Assembly (NCBI GenBank): GCA_017539215.1
Contig: JAFYHI010000052.1
Location: 17,270-81,269, forward strand
DNA from: Clostridia bacterium
GTDB lineage: Bacteria > Bacillota > Clostridia > Christensenellales > CAG-138
Length of the DNA stretch: 64,000 nucleotides
Reading direction: 5' to 3'
Shown: positions 28,639 through 37,612 of the stretch, in pieces
How the letters are laid out: every line of letters begins with the position of its first letter
Numbering within the stretch: position 1 is the stretch's first letter
Position numbers and translations under genes: made by a program
The notes under the pieces: generated by a model
The model's input: only the letters and a program-made list of their open reading frames with translations
What the model was told of the DNA's origin: nothing
Databases searched by the model: none

Positions 28639-30441
28639 ATGGCATTCCCAAAGGAACTTATCCGCAATTTCAGCATCATAGCGCATATCGACCACGGCAA
28701 GTCGACGCTTGCCGATAGGCTCATGCAGCTTACCCAGACCGTTGCCGAGCGCGATATGGAGGAGCAGATACTTGACTCCATGGACATTGAGCGCGAGCGC
28801 GGAATCACCATCAAGTCCACCGCCGTCAGGATGTTCTACACGGCAAAGGACGGGCGTGAGTATATGCTGAACCTTATCGACACTCCGGGTCACGTCGACT
28901 TCACTTACGAGGTCAGCCGCGCCCTTGCCGCGTGCGAGGGGGCGGTGCTGGTAGTGGACGCGACTCAGGGCATAGAGGCGCAGACGCTTGCCAACGTCTA
29001 TCTTGCCCTTGACAACGATCTTGAGATAATCCCCGTCATAAACAAGATAGACCTGGTCTCCGCGGATCCCGAGAACGCCATTCACGAGATAGAGGATATT
29101 ATCGGCCTGCCCGCCGAGGACGCGCCGCAGATATCCGCCAAAACGGGGCTGAACGTGGGCGACGTTTTGGAGCGGATAGTCACCGACATACCCGCCCCCC
29201 GGGGCGACGCAAACGCCCCCTTAAAGGCGCTCATATTCGACAGCCTTTACGACAACTACATGGGCGCGCTTTCGTACGTCCGCGTTATGGAGGGCACGGT
29301 CCGCCCCGGCGACCGCATCCGCTTTATGCATTCGGGCAGCGAGTTCGACGTTACCGAGGTCGGCGTGTTCACCCCCAACCGTCAGCCCGTAAAGGAGCTG
29401 ACTGCGGGCGAGGTCGGGTATATATCGGCTTCCATCAAATCCGTTGCGGAGACCAAGGTGGGCGACACGATAACGCTTGCCTCAAACCCCGCGTCGGAGC
29501 CGCTTCACGGCTACAAGCAGGCAAATCCCATGGTGTTCTGCGGCATTTATCCCGCCGACGGCGCCGATTACGAGGCGCTTAAAGAGGCGCTCGACAAGCT
29601 TGTGTTAAACGACGCATCCATCTCGTACGAGCCGGAGACGTCTCAGGCACTGGGCTACGGGTTCCGCTGCGGGTTTTTGGGGCTCCTGCATATGGAAATA
29701 GCGGAGGAAAGGCTCGAACGCGAGTTCGACCTTGACCTCGTCACCACGGCGCCCTCCGTCATTTACCGCGTCATAATGCTCGACGGCTCCGTCCGCATGA
29801 TAGACAACCCGTCGAACCTCCCATCCCCCATGGAGATACAGCGCATGGAGGAGCCCATGGTCAGCGCCCATATAATGACCCCGCCCGAGTACGTCGGCTC
29901 CATTATGGAGCTGTGTCAGGACAAGCGCGGCGTATTCATAGACATGACCTATCTTGAGGAGAACCGCGTAAAGCTGACCTACCGCATGCCCTTGAATGAG
30001 ATAATATTCGACTTCTTCGACGGGTTAAAGTCCCGCAGCCGCGGCTATGCGTCCTTTGATTACGAGCTGGGCGAGTATGAAGAGAGCGACCTTGTAAAGC
30101 TCGACTTCCTCTTAAACGGCGATATGTGCGACGCGCTCTCCACCATAGTCCACCGCGACAAGGCGTACGCCAAGGGCCGCGCCGTTGCCGAAAAGCTGCA
30201 GGAGGTCATTCCCCGTCAGCAGTTCGAGATACCCATTCAGGCGGCCATCGGCGGCAAAATTATCGCCCGCGAAACGGTCAGGGCCGTCCGCAAGGACGTG
30301 CTTGCCAAGTGCTACGGCGGCGACATCACGCGCAAGAAAAAGCTGCTTGAAAAACAGAAGGAGGGCAAGAAGCGCATGAGGCAGGTCGGCACGGTCTCCG
30401 TACCCTCCGACGCCTTTATGAGCGTGCTTCGCATCAACTGA
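28639..30441 (+). CDS. lepA: translation elongation factor 4 (LepA)
   Basis: [32 protein letters not shown], and the LepA C-terminal domain ending ...[21 protein letters not shown]. Confidence 0.97.
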   Translation: MAFPKELIRNFSIIAHIDHGKSTLADRLMQLTQTVAERDMEEQILDSMDIERERGITIKSTAVRMFYTAKDGREYMLNLIDTPGHVDFTYEVSRALAACEGAVLVVDATQGIEAQTLANVYLALDNDLEIIPVINKIDLVSADPENAIHEIEDIIGLPAEDAPQISAKTGLNVGDVLERIVTDIPAPRGDANAPLKALIFDSLYDNYMGALSYVRVMEGTVRPGDRIRFMHSGSEFDVTEVGVFTPNRQPVKELTAGEVGYISASIKSVAETKVGDTITLASNPASEPLHGYKQANPMVFCGIYPADGADYEALKEALDKLVLNDASISYEPETSQALGYGFRCGFLGLLHMEIAEERLEREFDLDLVTTAPSVIYRVIMLDGSVRMIDNPSNLPSPMEIQRMEEPMVSAHIMTPPEYVGSIMELCQDKRGVFIDMTYLEENRVKLTYRMPLNEIIFDFFDGLKSRSRGYASFDYELGEYEESDLVKLDFLLNGDMCDALSTIVHRDKAYAKGRAVAEKLQEVIPRQQFEIPIQAAIGGKIIARETVRAVRKDVLAKCYGGDITRKKKLLEKQKEGKKRMRQVGTVSVPSDAFMSVLRIN

Positions 30442-31583
30442 TGGCAGGGCTTTATATCCACATACCCTTCTGCAAAAGGAAGTGCCGATACTGCGATTTT
30501 ATCAGCTTCCCGGACTTCGCGCACGAGGATCTGTATTTCGTCGCGCTCATCTCGGAGATGCGCAAATACGCCCCTTTGATGCGGGGCCGCGCTTTCGACA
30601 CCGTGTTTTTCGGCGGAGGCACGCCCACGGCGTTAAAGCCCGGGCGCATCGCGGCGCTTTTGGACGAGGTCCGCAAATGCTTTGATATTTCGCCGGACGC
30701 GGAGATAACCTGCGAGGCGAACCCCGAGTCCGCGACGGAGGAAAAGCTGCGTGAGCTTTACTCCGCAGGCGTCAACCGCCTGTCGATAGGGCTTCAGAGC
30801 GCTTCTGACGCGGAGCTTTCCGCGATCGGGCGCATACACACGCGGGAGGACTTCCTGCGCGCGGCAGAAGCCGCCCGAAAGGCCGGCTTTACCAACATAA
30901 ACGCCGATGTGATGCACGGGCTTCCCGGGCAGACGCAGGAAAGCTATATAGGGTCTCTGCGGCTCGTTTCGGAGCTTGACCTTACCCATATCTCCTCCTA
31001 CGCGCTCATTCTTGAGGAGGGCACGCCCCTCTTTGATGATGTGAACGCGGGCCGGGTCACGCTGCCCGATCCCGACGATACCGCCGATATGGAGGACGCG
31101 GGCTTTGAATTCCTTGCCCAAAAAGGCTATGCGCGGTACGAGATATCCAATTTCGCAAAGCCCGGCTTCGCCTGCCGCCACAACCTGAATTACTGGGACA
31201 ACGGCGAGTATCTGGGCCTCGGACTCAACTCCCATTCGGCGCTGCGCTTAAAGGGCGACTGGACGAGGTTCCGCAACACCGACAGGCTTGACGAGTACAT
31301 AAACGAGCTTGGCGAGGGCAAGCTGCCCGTGCGTGAAACGCGAAAGATAGAGCGCGACGAGGAGATGTTCGAATCCGTAATGCTGGGCCTGCGCAAGATC
31401 GAGGGCATTTCAAGGGCTGGATTCGCGCGCCGCTTCGGCGTCGACCCGGTCGAGCATTACGCTCCCGCGGTAACGGAGCTTGAGCTTGATGGAATGCTTG
31501 AGGTGACGGAGGAGAGTATGTTCCTCACAAAGCACGGGCTCGATTTCCAAAACGAGGCGCTTATCAAATTCATGGAGCAGTGA
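30441..31583 (+). CDS. hemW: radical SAM heme chaperone HemW (HemN-like)
   Basis: YIHIPFCKRKCRYCDF (CxxxCxxC). 380 aa. Located directly after lepA, as is common in bacteria. Its start overlaps the lepA stop. Confidence 0.9.
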   Translation: MAGLYIHIPFCKRKCRYCDFISFPDFAHEDLYFVALISEMRKYAPLMRGRAFDTVFFGGGTPTALKPGRIAALLDEVRKCFDISPDAEITCEANPESATEEKLRELYSAGVNRLSIGLQSASDAELSAIGRIHTREDFLRAAEAARKAGFTNINADVMHGLPGQTQESYIGSLRLVSELDLTHISSYALILEEGTPLFDDVNAGRVTLPDPDDTADMEDAGFEFLAQKGYARYEISNFAKPGFACRHNLNYWDNGEYLGLGLNSHSALRLKGDWTRFRNTDRLDEYINELGEGKLPVRETRKIERDEEMFESVMLGLRKIEGISRAGFARRFGVDPVEHYAPAVTELELDGMLEVTEESMFLTKHGLDFQNEALIKFMEQ

Positions 31584-31587
31584 TAAA

Positions 31588-32421
31588 ATGTTAAACAGGA
31601 TCGCGGCGTTGCTTGAAAACGTACCATTTGAAAGCTGGCACCATCCAACAAAGGAGAGCTGCAATGACAGGCTCTCTGTAATGGTGAAGCTTGCGGAGTT
31701 GTTGGAACCGGAGCTCCCCAGAATACAAGAAGAAGCAATACAGGGATCCTCGCGCATTGAATACTGCAAAAGAAGCTCTTTTTATCCTCGCGGATACTAT
31801 TACCCGGATCCCTTAGCTGATATTATAGTAAGCAACGCGCCGAGGGGCAGCATAAAGAAGGAAGATCCGGGCGATGCAGAATATGCTTATTATTTTGATG
31901 AAAAGGATGAGCTTAGTTTTGTTGTTGAAAAAGAGGAGCTTATAGACCTGAACTCATATCGTACTCGTTGTGAAAAGCTGTATTCATTCAACAACATGCG
32001 CGTTGGGATCGCATTTTTACTTGATGATACTAATGCCGATCTCATACTGCTTGATGTGCTTATAGAAACAAGGAACGTCGACAGAACCGAATATGCTATA
32101 AGCTGGTACAGCGTATCCAGCGAAGGGGGGCTCCCTTTCAAGGCTGACTTTTCGGAGGTAGTTTCATTAGAAATGCTAAACGGGCTTCCGGTTAAACGGA
32201 GCGAGACCCTGTTCATAAATGAAGATTTTGCAGCTGCTTTTTTAGGTGAAGATTCAGCAGAGGATGATAACGAGTGGTTTACTATGGTGTTTGAACCTTC
32301 AACAACGGTTTATGAACTTGGTTATAATGAAAAAGGGTTTCCGGTAAGCATGAAATGCAACGGAAAACCATGCCCCATCGGACGCGTGAAAAGACCTATA
32401 CTGTCAGGAATGATGAAATGA
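31588..32421 (+). CDS. hypothetical cytoplasmic protein, compositionally foreign (low GC)
   Basis: 277 aa with no signal peptide, TM helix or motif I recognise. It starts 4 nt after the hemW stop, and its stop overlaps the next gene's start (ATGA at 32418-32421). GC is about 37% in the one line I counted. Confidence 0.6.
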   Translation: MLNRIAALLENVPFESWHHPTKESCNDRLSVMVKLAELLEPELPRIQEEAIQGSSRIEYCKRSSFYPRGYYYPDPLADIIVSNAPRGSIKKEDPGDAEYAYYFDEKDELSFVVEKEELIDLNSYRTRCEKLYSFNNMRVGIAFLLDDTNADLILLDVLIETRNVDRTEYAISWYSVSSEGGLPFKADFSEVVSLEMLNGLPVKRSETLFINEDFAAAFLGEDSAEDDNEWFTMVFEPSTTVYELGYNEKGFPVSMKCNGKPCPIGRVKRPILSGMMK

Positions 32422-33074
32422 TCAAAACGATGAAGAATAAAGCAATCGGCGTCATATTCGACCTCGACGGCACCCTGTGGGATTCGTCCTATCAGGTGGG
32501 CGTCGCGTGGCAGGAGGTATTTGACCGTTACAACGTCGGCATACCCGTAACAAAGGAGCGCATGGCGCTCATGATGGGCCGTACCGTGCCGGAGATAGGC
32601 GAGGCGATCCTCCCGCATATTGAGCCGGTAAGGCGCGCCGAGATATTAAAGGCCTGCTGCGACGAGGAGGTCGCAAGGCTTGACCGCTTCGGCGGCGCCC
32701 TTTATGACGGCGCGGCGGAGGTTTTGGCGAAGCTTGCGGAGGAATACCCGCTGTTCATCGTTTCCAACTGCGAGGACGGCTATATCCAGTCCTTCATGGG
32801 CTATCATAAGACCGCGCCATATATTAAGGATATCGAATGCATAGGCCGGACGGGCCTTCACAAGGACGGCAACATAAAGCTCATCTGTCAAAGGAACGGG
32901 CTTGAAAAGGCCGTTTACGTCGGCGATACCGAGCGCGACATGCATGCCGCGCACTCGGCCGGGCTGACGTTCATACACGCCGCGTACGGCTTCGGGCACG
33001 GGTTTCAGGCGGAGTATTCCATCGGCTCCCTGCGCGGGCTGCCCGCGGTTTTGAATAGGATTTTTAAGGAGTAA
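32418..33074 (+). CDS. HAD-IA family hydrolase (phosphoglycolate phosphatase-like)
   Basis: VIFDLDGTLWDS (DxDxT), FIVSN, VGDTERDMHAA. Start at ATG 32418 (MIKTMKNK...) with AGGA 7 nt upstream. The ORF-track start at 32355 lies inside the previous gene. Confidence 0.85.
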   Translation: MIKTMKNKAIGVIFDLDGTLWDSSYQVGVAWQEVFDRYNVGIPVTKERMALMMGRTVPEIGEAILPHIEPVRRAEILKACCDEEVARLDRFGGALYDGAAEVLAKLAEEYPLFIVSNCEDGYIQSFMGYHKTAPYIKDIECIGRTGLHKDGNIKLICQRNGLEKAVYVGDTERDMHAAHSAGLTFIHAAYGFGHGFQAEYSIGSLRGLPAVLNRIFKE

Positions 33075-33078
33075 CGCC

Positions 33079-33285
33079 ATGCGCTGTATGTGCAGAAACT
33101 GCGGCACCTACATGGTGCAGGCCGACGACGGCAAGCTCGGCTGCATCTGTCCGGAGTGCTTCACACGCTGTCGGGATTGCCTCGGCACGGATTCGGTCAT
33201 GTCCCGCGAGGAGCTCGAAAGGCTCAGGACCGATCCCGCCGCGGCAGCCATGTTTTTCGCCCCTCGCGCGGAGGACGACGAATAA
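33079..33285 (+). CDS. small Cys-rich zinc-ribbon protein (function unknown)
   Basis: 68 aa, MRCMCRNCGTYMVQADDGKLGCICPECFTRCRDCLG...: three CxxC pairs. Tightly packed between the HAD and NUDIX genes. Confidence 0.55.
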   Translation: MRCMCRNCGTYMVQADDGKLGCICPECFTRCRDCLGTDSVMSREELERLRTDPAAAAMFFAPRAEDDE

Positions 33286-33296
33286 AAGGGGGTAAT

Positions 33297-33713
33297 ATGA
33301 TCGCAGAAACGTCCTGCGGAGCAGTCCTTTATCTGATGGAAAACGGCGAGCCCAAATATGTGCTCGTCAAGAGCGCGCTGTTCGGCTTTCCCAAGGGGCA
33401 CGTCGAGGAGGGCGAGACCGAGGAGCAGACCGCCCTGCGCGAGATACGCGAGGAGACCGGCGTGCGCGCCGTGCTCGACACCTCGTTCAGGCGCGAGCTT
33501 GTTTACAAACTGCCGCGCAAGGCCGGGTACAAACGGGTGGTGCTGTTTCTTGCCGAGTGCCGCGAGGGAAGCAGACCGCGTCCCAGCCACGAAATAAAGA
33601 CGGTCGCCGCCGTTCCGTTTGACGAGGCGCTTGCGCTTTTGAAGCGGCAGTCCCTGCGCGAGGTGCTGACGGACGCCGACTTCTATATCCGCAGCGTGCT
33701 GAAAAGGCAGTAG
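33297..33713 (+). CDS. NUDIX hydrolase
   Basis: Nudix box GHVEEGETEEQTALREIREETGV. Start at ATG 33297 with SD AAGGGGG. The ORF-track start at 33090 overlaps the previous gene in another frame. Confidence 0.85.
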   Translation: MIAETSCGAVLYLMENGEPKYVLVKSALFGFPKGHVEEGETEEQTALREIREETGVRAVLDTSFRRELVYKLPRKAGYKRVVLFLAECREGSRPRPSHEIKTVAAVPFDEALALLKRQSLREVLTDADFYIRSVLKRQ

Positions 33714-33748
33714 CCGCGTCCGCGCCGCTGTACGGGCTTTGTTTGCGC

Positions 33749-33775
33749 ACCCGCCGCTTTGCGGCGGTTTTTTTA
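33749..33775 (+). terminator. rho-independent terminator
   Basis: Stem ccgccgc / gcggcgg, loop ttt, then TTTTTTT. Confidence 0.8.
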
Positions 33776-33878
33776 TGCCCTCCCGCCCAAACACAACGGG
33801 TAGGTTGACAAACCCGTTCGGTTACAATATAATGTATGCGTGGGTTTTTGCCCGCAACAAAGGCAAAGGATTTTGAGT

Positions 33879-35834
33879 ATGAGCCACGAGTATTCGGTAA
33901 GCGATATCAAGGTAATGGAGGGGCTTGAGGCGGTAAGGGTCCGCCCGGGCATGTATATAGGGTCCACGGGCTCGAGGGGTCTGCACCACCTGCTGTGGGA
34001 GATAGTCGACAACTCCGTGGACGAGGCCGCGAACGGCTTTGCGGACGCCGTGTCCGTAACGCTTGAGCGCGACGGATCCGTAACGGTAGAGGACAACGGC
34101 CGCGGCATACCCGTAGGCATTCACGAAAAGCTCGGCGTTTCCGGCGTGGAGGTGGTGTTCACTCAGCTTCACGCGGGGGGCAAGTTCGGCAATGACAGCT
34201 ACTCCTACTCCGGCGGCCTGCACGGCGTGGGCGCGTCGGTAGTCAACGCGCTTTCCGAGTGGGTCAGGGTAGAGGTCGCCACTGACGGCAGGCTCTACCG
34301 TATGGCGTTCAGAAGCTATGAGGACAAGGACGGTATGCACTCCGGCATACCCGAGGCCCCGCTTGAGGAGGTTGGGCGCACGCGCAGGCAGGGCACCAAG
34401 GTCACCTTCATGCCCGATGCGCGCGTGTTCGAGACCGTCGAAATGAATTTCGAGATAATCTCGCGCAGGCTGCGCGAGCTTGCGTACCTCAACCGCAGCG
34501 TGCGTTTCAGGCTCACGGACCTGCGAGAGCGCGGCAAACAGCAGGAGCGCGAGTATTATTTTGAGGGCGGTATCTGTGATTTTGTCAAATACCTTAACGG
34601 CGACAAGCTCCCCCTGTACCCGGAGCCCATCTTTATCTCGGGCAAAAAGGACAATATCCTGGTAGAGGTCGCCATGCAGCACAGCGACGGCTATTCCGAA
34701 AACGTGTTCTCGTACGTCAACAACATACCCACCACGGAGGGCGGCACGCATGAAACGGGCTTTCGCGCGTCGCTCACCAAGGTGATGAACGACTACTGCC
34801 GCAGGATCGGCCTCTTAAAGGACAAGGATGCGTCGCTCTCGGGCGAGGATTTCCGCGAGGGGCTCACCGCGGTCATATCGCTGCGCATGCAGAACATACA
34901 GTTCGAGGGTCAGACAAAGACCAAGCTCGGCAATACCGAGGCGCGTCCGGCGGTGGAGTCCGTTATGTACGACAAGCTCCCGCCCATTCTGGAGGACCTT
35001 AAAAATGCGGAGCTCTCCGCGCTTATAGCCGACAAGGCGGTAAAGGCCGCCAAAGCGCGCGAGGCCGCACGCCGCGCCAAGAGCATGGCAAGGGAAAAGT
35101 CAAAGCTTGAAAACGCGCCGCTCGTCGGCAAGCTTTCAAGCTGCACCGGGCGCGATCCAAAGCAGAACGAGCTGTTCATAGTGGAGGGAGACTCCGCCGG
35201 CGGCTCCGCAAAGCAGGGGCGCGACAGGCGCTTTCAGGCGATACTGCCCCTGCGCGGCAAGGTGCTGAACGTTGAGAAAAAGCGCGTGGAGCAGGTGCTT
35301 GAAAACGAGGAGCTGCGCTCGCTCATAACCGCCCTGGGCACGGGCATAGGCGAGGACTTCAACATAGACGGCCTCAAATACGACAAGGTCGTCATACTCT
35401 CCGACGCCGACCAGGACGGCGGGCATATACGGGCGCTGCTTCTGACCTTCTTCTACCGCTATATGAAGGGGCTTATAACAGACGGTCACGTTTACATAGG
35501 CCAGCCCCCGCTCTACAAGGTGCAAAAGGGGAACGACGCCTTTTACTGTCAGGACGACAAGGAGCTCGAGCGTGTCACAAAGGGTCTGCGCGGATACACG
35601 CTGCAGCGCTATAAGGGGCTTGGAGAAATGAACCCGGAGCAGCTCTGGGAGACCACAATGGATCCGCGTCACCGCACAATGGTGCGCGTCAGCATAGAGG
35701 ACGCCGCAACGGTCGAGCATCTTGTGACCCTTTTGATGGGCGACAAGGTAGCCCCGCGCAAGGAATACATCTCGGAGTTCGCCGATTTCAACAAGGACGA
35801 TACCTTCAAGGATAAGGCAAAACTCGACGTGTAA
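33879..35834 (+). CDS. type IIA DNA topoisomerase subunit B (GyrB/ParE family, GyrB-like), with no adjacent A subunit
   Basis: Start MSHEYSVSDIKVMEGLEAVRVRPGMYIGST. GHKL ATPase motifs (DNGRGIPVGIHEK, GGLHGVGASVVN), Toprim (IVEGDSAGGSAKQGRDR), and a C-terminus ending ...LDV. Confidence 0.9.
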   Translation: MSHEYSVSDIKVMEGLEAVRVRPGMYIGSTGSRGLHHLLWEIVDNSVDEAANGFADAVSVTLERDGSVTVEDNGRGIPVGIHEKLGVSGVEVVFTQLHAGGKFGNDSYSYSGGLHGVGASVVNALSEWVRVEVATDGRLYRMAFRSYEDKDGMHSGIPEAPLEEVGRTRRQGTKVTFMPDARVFETVEMNFEIISRRLRELAYLNRSVRFRLTDLRERGKQQEREYYFEGGICDFVKYLNGDKLPLYPEPIFISGKKDNILVEVAMQHSDGYSENVFSYVNNIPTTEGGTHETGFRASLTKVMNDYCRRIGLLKDKDASLSGEDFREGLTAVISLRMQNIQFEGQTKTKLGNTEARPAVESVMYDKLPPILEDLKNAELSALIADKAVKAAKAREAARRAKSMAREKSKLENAPLVGKLSSCTGRDPKQNELFIVEGDSAGGSAKQGRDRRFQAILPLRGKVLNVEKKRVEQVLENEELRSLITALGTGIGEDFNIDGLKYDKVVILSDADQDGGHIRALLLTFFYRYMKGLITDGHVYIGQPPLYKVQKGNDAFYCQDDKELERVTKGLRGYTLQRYKGLGEMNPEQLWETTMDPRHRTMVRVSIEDAATVEHLVTLLMGDKVAPRKEYISEFADFNKDDTFKDKAKLDV

Positions 35835-35841
35835 AGCAAAA

Positions 35842-35888
35842 GCCGGGAGGTCGTATCCGCATGGGGATGCGCCCTCCCGGCCCTTTTA
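35842..35888. terminator. bidirectional terminator hairpin between convergent genes
   Basis: Outer stem gccgggagg / cctcccggc with an inner atcc/ggat helix. CCTTTTAT follows on the plus strand and TTTTGC on the minus strand. Confidence 0.65.
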
Positions 35889-36497
35889 TACCCGCTCTAT
35901 GCCCGAAACGCTTATCTCGTACGCGGTGCGCTCTTCGCAGTTCCCGTCTTCAAGCTGCTTGCGGTAAATGCGCGACTGCATGCGCCCCGTCAGCGCCACA
36001 CGGTCGCCCGTTTCAAGCGCGGAAGCAAACCTTGCGTTCCTGCCCCAGGCAATGACGGGCAGGTAATCGCTTTTGCCGTAGCGCCGCGGCGCCGCGATCA
36101 GCAGGTCGGCTATCTCGCGCATAAAGGGCGTTGTGCGGTACACGACGGGCTTGCAAACGCAGCCTATCAGATAAACGTCGTTTTCGTCGGGTATGGGCTC
36201 CGTTTGAAACCGCGCGCCCCGTGCGAACACCGTCAAGACAAGGTGACGGCCCGCGCCGTCCCTCCGGTTGTAGGAGCGAAGCTGTCCGTCTATGCTGACG
36301 AACGAGCCCGCCCCGGGGAGCGCGTCAATGCCCGTCAGGAGCCTCTCCGACAACGTCACGGGCAAAACGTCCTCCGTGCCGGAGAGCCTTCGTGCCGCAA
36401 CGCGGGTCTTGTAAAACGCCTCGCCCAGCACGGTGTGGTCGTAAACGGGCGCCTCTTCCATGCGCCCCGAAAGTATGATGCTGTTTTCACTGTCCAA
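35886..36497 (-). CDS. tandem OB-fold single-stranded-DNA-binding-like protein
   Basis: Two internally similar halves of about 95 aa (…VSIDGQLRSY…LVLTVFA… and …VALTGRMQSRIY…TAYEISV…) are typical of SSB-type OB folds. Start proposed at TTG 36497 with SD AGGGGGA 8 nt upstream. The ORF-track start at 36668 adds an unlikely Arg/Pro/Ala-rich extension. Confidence 0.6.
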   Translation of the reverse strand: MDSENSIILSGRMEEAPVYDHTVLGEAFYKTRVAARRLSGTEDVLPVTLSERLLTGIDALPGAGSFVSIDGQLRSYNRRDGAGRHLVLTVFARGARFQTEPIPDENDVYLIGCVCKPVVYRTTPFMREIADLLIAAPRRYGKSDYLPVIAWGRNARFASALETGDRVALTGRMQSRIYRKQLEDGNCEERTAYEISVSGIERV

Positions 36498-36542
36498 TTC
36501 TGCGTTCCCCCTATCAGGTTTTGCGGCGGTTAATACTATGCG
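36495..36542 (-). promoter_or_regulatory. copy B of a shared promoter/leader module (see copy A at 47361-47403)
   Basis: The minus strand reads CGCATAGTATTAACCGCCGCAAAACCTGATAGGGGGAACGCAGAATTG. The spoIIIAA upstream region reads CGCATAGTATTGACCGAGCAAAACCAAGGGGGCTGTGCCAATG. Confidence 0.5.
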
Positions 36543-36628
36543 CGTCCATGCGCTTACAGAAGCGCCGCGCAAAATAATCGGCGGAGCGTCGCCCGAAGCT
36601 AGGGGGGGAGAGGCGGCGTTCACGGCGC

Positions 36629-36661
36629 AAAAAAACCGGCGCGGGAACCGCACCGGTTTTT
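36629..36661 (-). terminator. rho-independent terminator of the DUF1292 gene (A/T runs on both sides)
   Basis: Stem ccggcgcgg / ccgcaccgg (one mismatch), loop gaa, flanked by AAAAAAA and TTTTT. Confidence 0.65.
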
Positions 36662-36671
36662 GCTGCATGAC

Positions 36672-37037
36672 TTATTTATCGTCGCAGCCGCAGCCGCAAT
36701 GGTCGTGGTCGTGCTCGCAGCCGCAGTCGCAGTCGTCGCCGCAGTCGTCACAGCCGCACTCGCCGTCCATAAGCTCCTTCTCGGCTATGGCGATAAGCTC
36801 ATCCATATCCTCTTCGTCGGGGCTGACGAACTCCTCGGTCTCGCCGTCCTCGCTTACTTCAATGCGCATGATGTAAAGCTCGGTCTCTTCCTCTTCGTCC
36901 TTGGGCTCCTCGCTGTCGCTGAAGTCGGCAAGGATCGCATACTCGTTATCCTTATAGAAGAAGTACTTGACAACGTCAAGCTCAAACTCGTTGCCGTCGT
37001 CGTCCGTGAACGTCACGAAATCCCTTTCTTCGTCCAT
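36672..37037 (-). CDS. DUF1292-family acidic protein with C-terminal Cys/His/Asp-rich metal-binding-like tail
   Basis: MDEERDFVTFTDDDGNEFELDVVKYFFYKDNEYAILADF...ELYIMRIEVSEDGE matches the DUF1292 pattern. The tail is GECGCDDCGDDCDCGCEHDHDHCGCGCDDK. SD AAAGGAGA. The ORF-track start at 37184 is upstream of the SD. Confidence 0.8.
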   Translation of the reverse strand: MDEERDFVTFTDDDGNEFELDVVKYFFYKDNEYAILADFSDSEEPKDEEEETELYIMRIEVSEDGETEEFVSPDEEDMDELIAIAEKELMDGECGCDDCGDDCDCGCEHDHDHCGCGCDDK

Positions 37038-37178
37038 GATGATTCTCCTTTCAAAGTAGTATTGAAAGTTTACAGCAAACCCCGTGATTTTGCAATAGCC
37101 TTTGCGGGATTTTTTTTGACGAAAAGCAGCGCGGCGGAAGACTGTGATAATATATTGCGGAATACGGCCGAAAAAGGG

Positions 37179-37207
37179 TTGCAATTTGCAGCCGGGTTGG
37201 TTATAAT
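37179..37207 (+). promoter_or_regulatory. predicted SigA promoter of tRNA-Thr
   Basis: TTGCAA (37179-37184), 17 nt, TATAAT (37202-37207), 20 nt before the tRNA 5' end. Confidence 0.6.
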
Positions 37208-37227
37208 ATCATTCGTCGCGTGAGCGC

Positions 37228-37303
37228 GCTGGTGTAGCTCAGTAGGTAGAGCACTTCATTGGTAATGAAGAGGTAGGCAGTCCGAATCTGCTCACCAGCT
37301 CCA
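37228..37303 (+). tRNA. tRNA-Thr (anticodon GGT), CCA encoded
   Basis: Cloverleaf read by eye: acceptor GCTGGTG/CACCAGC, D-arm GCTC-AGTAGGTA-GAGC, anticodon stem CTTCA/TGAAG with loop TTGGTAA, T-arm GGCAG-TCCGAAT-CTGCT, discriminator T, CCA. Confidence 0.9.
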
Positions 37304-37307
37304 TGAA

Positions 37308-37347
37308 AACCCCGGAAACCTTTGGTTTTCGGGGTTGTTCTTTTTTT
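37308..37347 (+). terminator. rho-independent terminator after tRNA-Thr
   Basis: 13-bp stem aaccccggaaacc / ggttttcggggtt (one G-U pair), loop ttt, then GTTCTTTTTTT. Confidence 0.8.
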
Positions 37348-37366
37348 GGTGCTTTGTCAGAGACCT

Positions 37367-37414
37367 CCAAAACCCAAACCAAAACCCAAACCAAAACCCA
37401 AACCAAAACCCAAA
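37367..37414. repeat. perfect 12-bp x 4 tandem repeat (CCAAAACCCAAA)4
   Basis: Four exact head-to-tail copies at 37367-37378, 37379-37390, 37391-37402 and 37403-37414. The complementary strand reads (TTTGGGTTTTGG)4. Confidence 0.95.
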
Positions 37415-37420
37415 CGGGGC

Positions 37421-37450
37421 AAAAAAGCAGGCCTTTCGACCTGCTTTTTT
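37421..37450. terminator. short bidirectional terminator-like hairpin
   Basis: AAAAAA-gcagg-cctttcga-cctgc-TTTTTT. Confidence 0.5.
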
Positions 37451-37549
37451 GCACGAATTTACCTATTTTAGGAGCTCTTCAACAACTCGTGCGCTGCCCT
37501 GTATTTGTGAAGAAGGGCGACTGTTGCCAAAAAGCTCCAAAGCAAGCGG

Positions 37550-37578
37550 TTGAATATGATGAGCCGGTATGGTAGAAT
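37550..37578 (+). promoter_or_regulatory. predicted SigA promoter
   Basis: TTGAAT (37550-37555), 17 nt, TAGAAT (37573-37578). Confidence 0.5.
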
Positions 37579-37612
37579 CATTTTGGAAACACAGGAGTTT
37601 GGAGGATCGCTG

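Noticed and set aside
37367-37414. The tandem repeat as a CRISPR array or telomere-like element
   Set aside because: The units are 12 bp, directly abutting with no spacers, and only four copies are present. There are no cas genes in the window. It resembles ciliate-type C/A telomeric repeats only superficially, and it lies internally in a bacterial chromosome.
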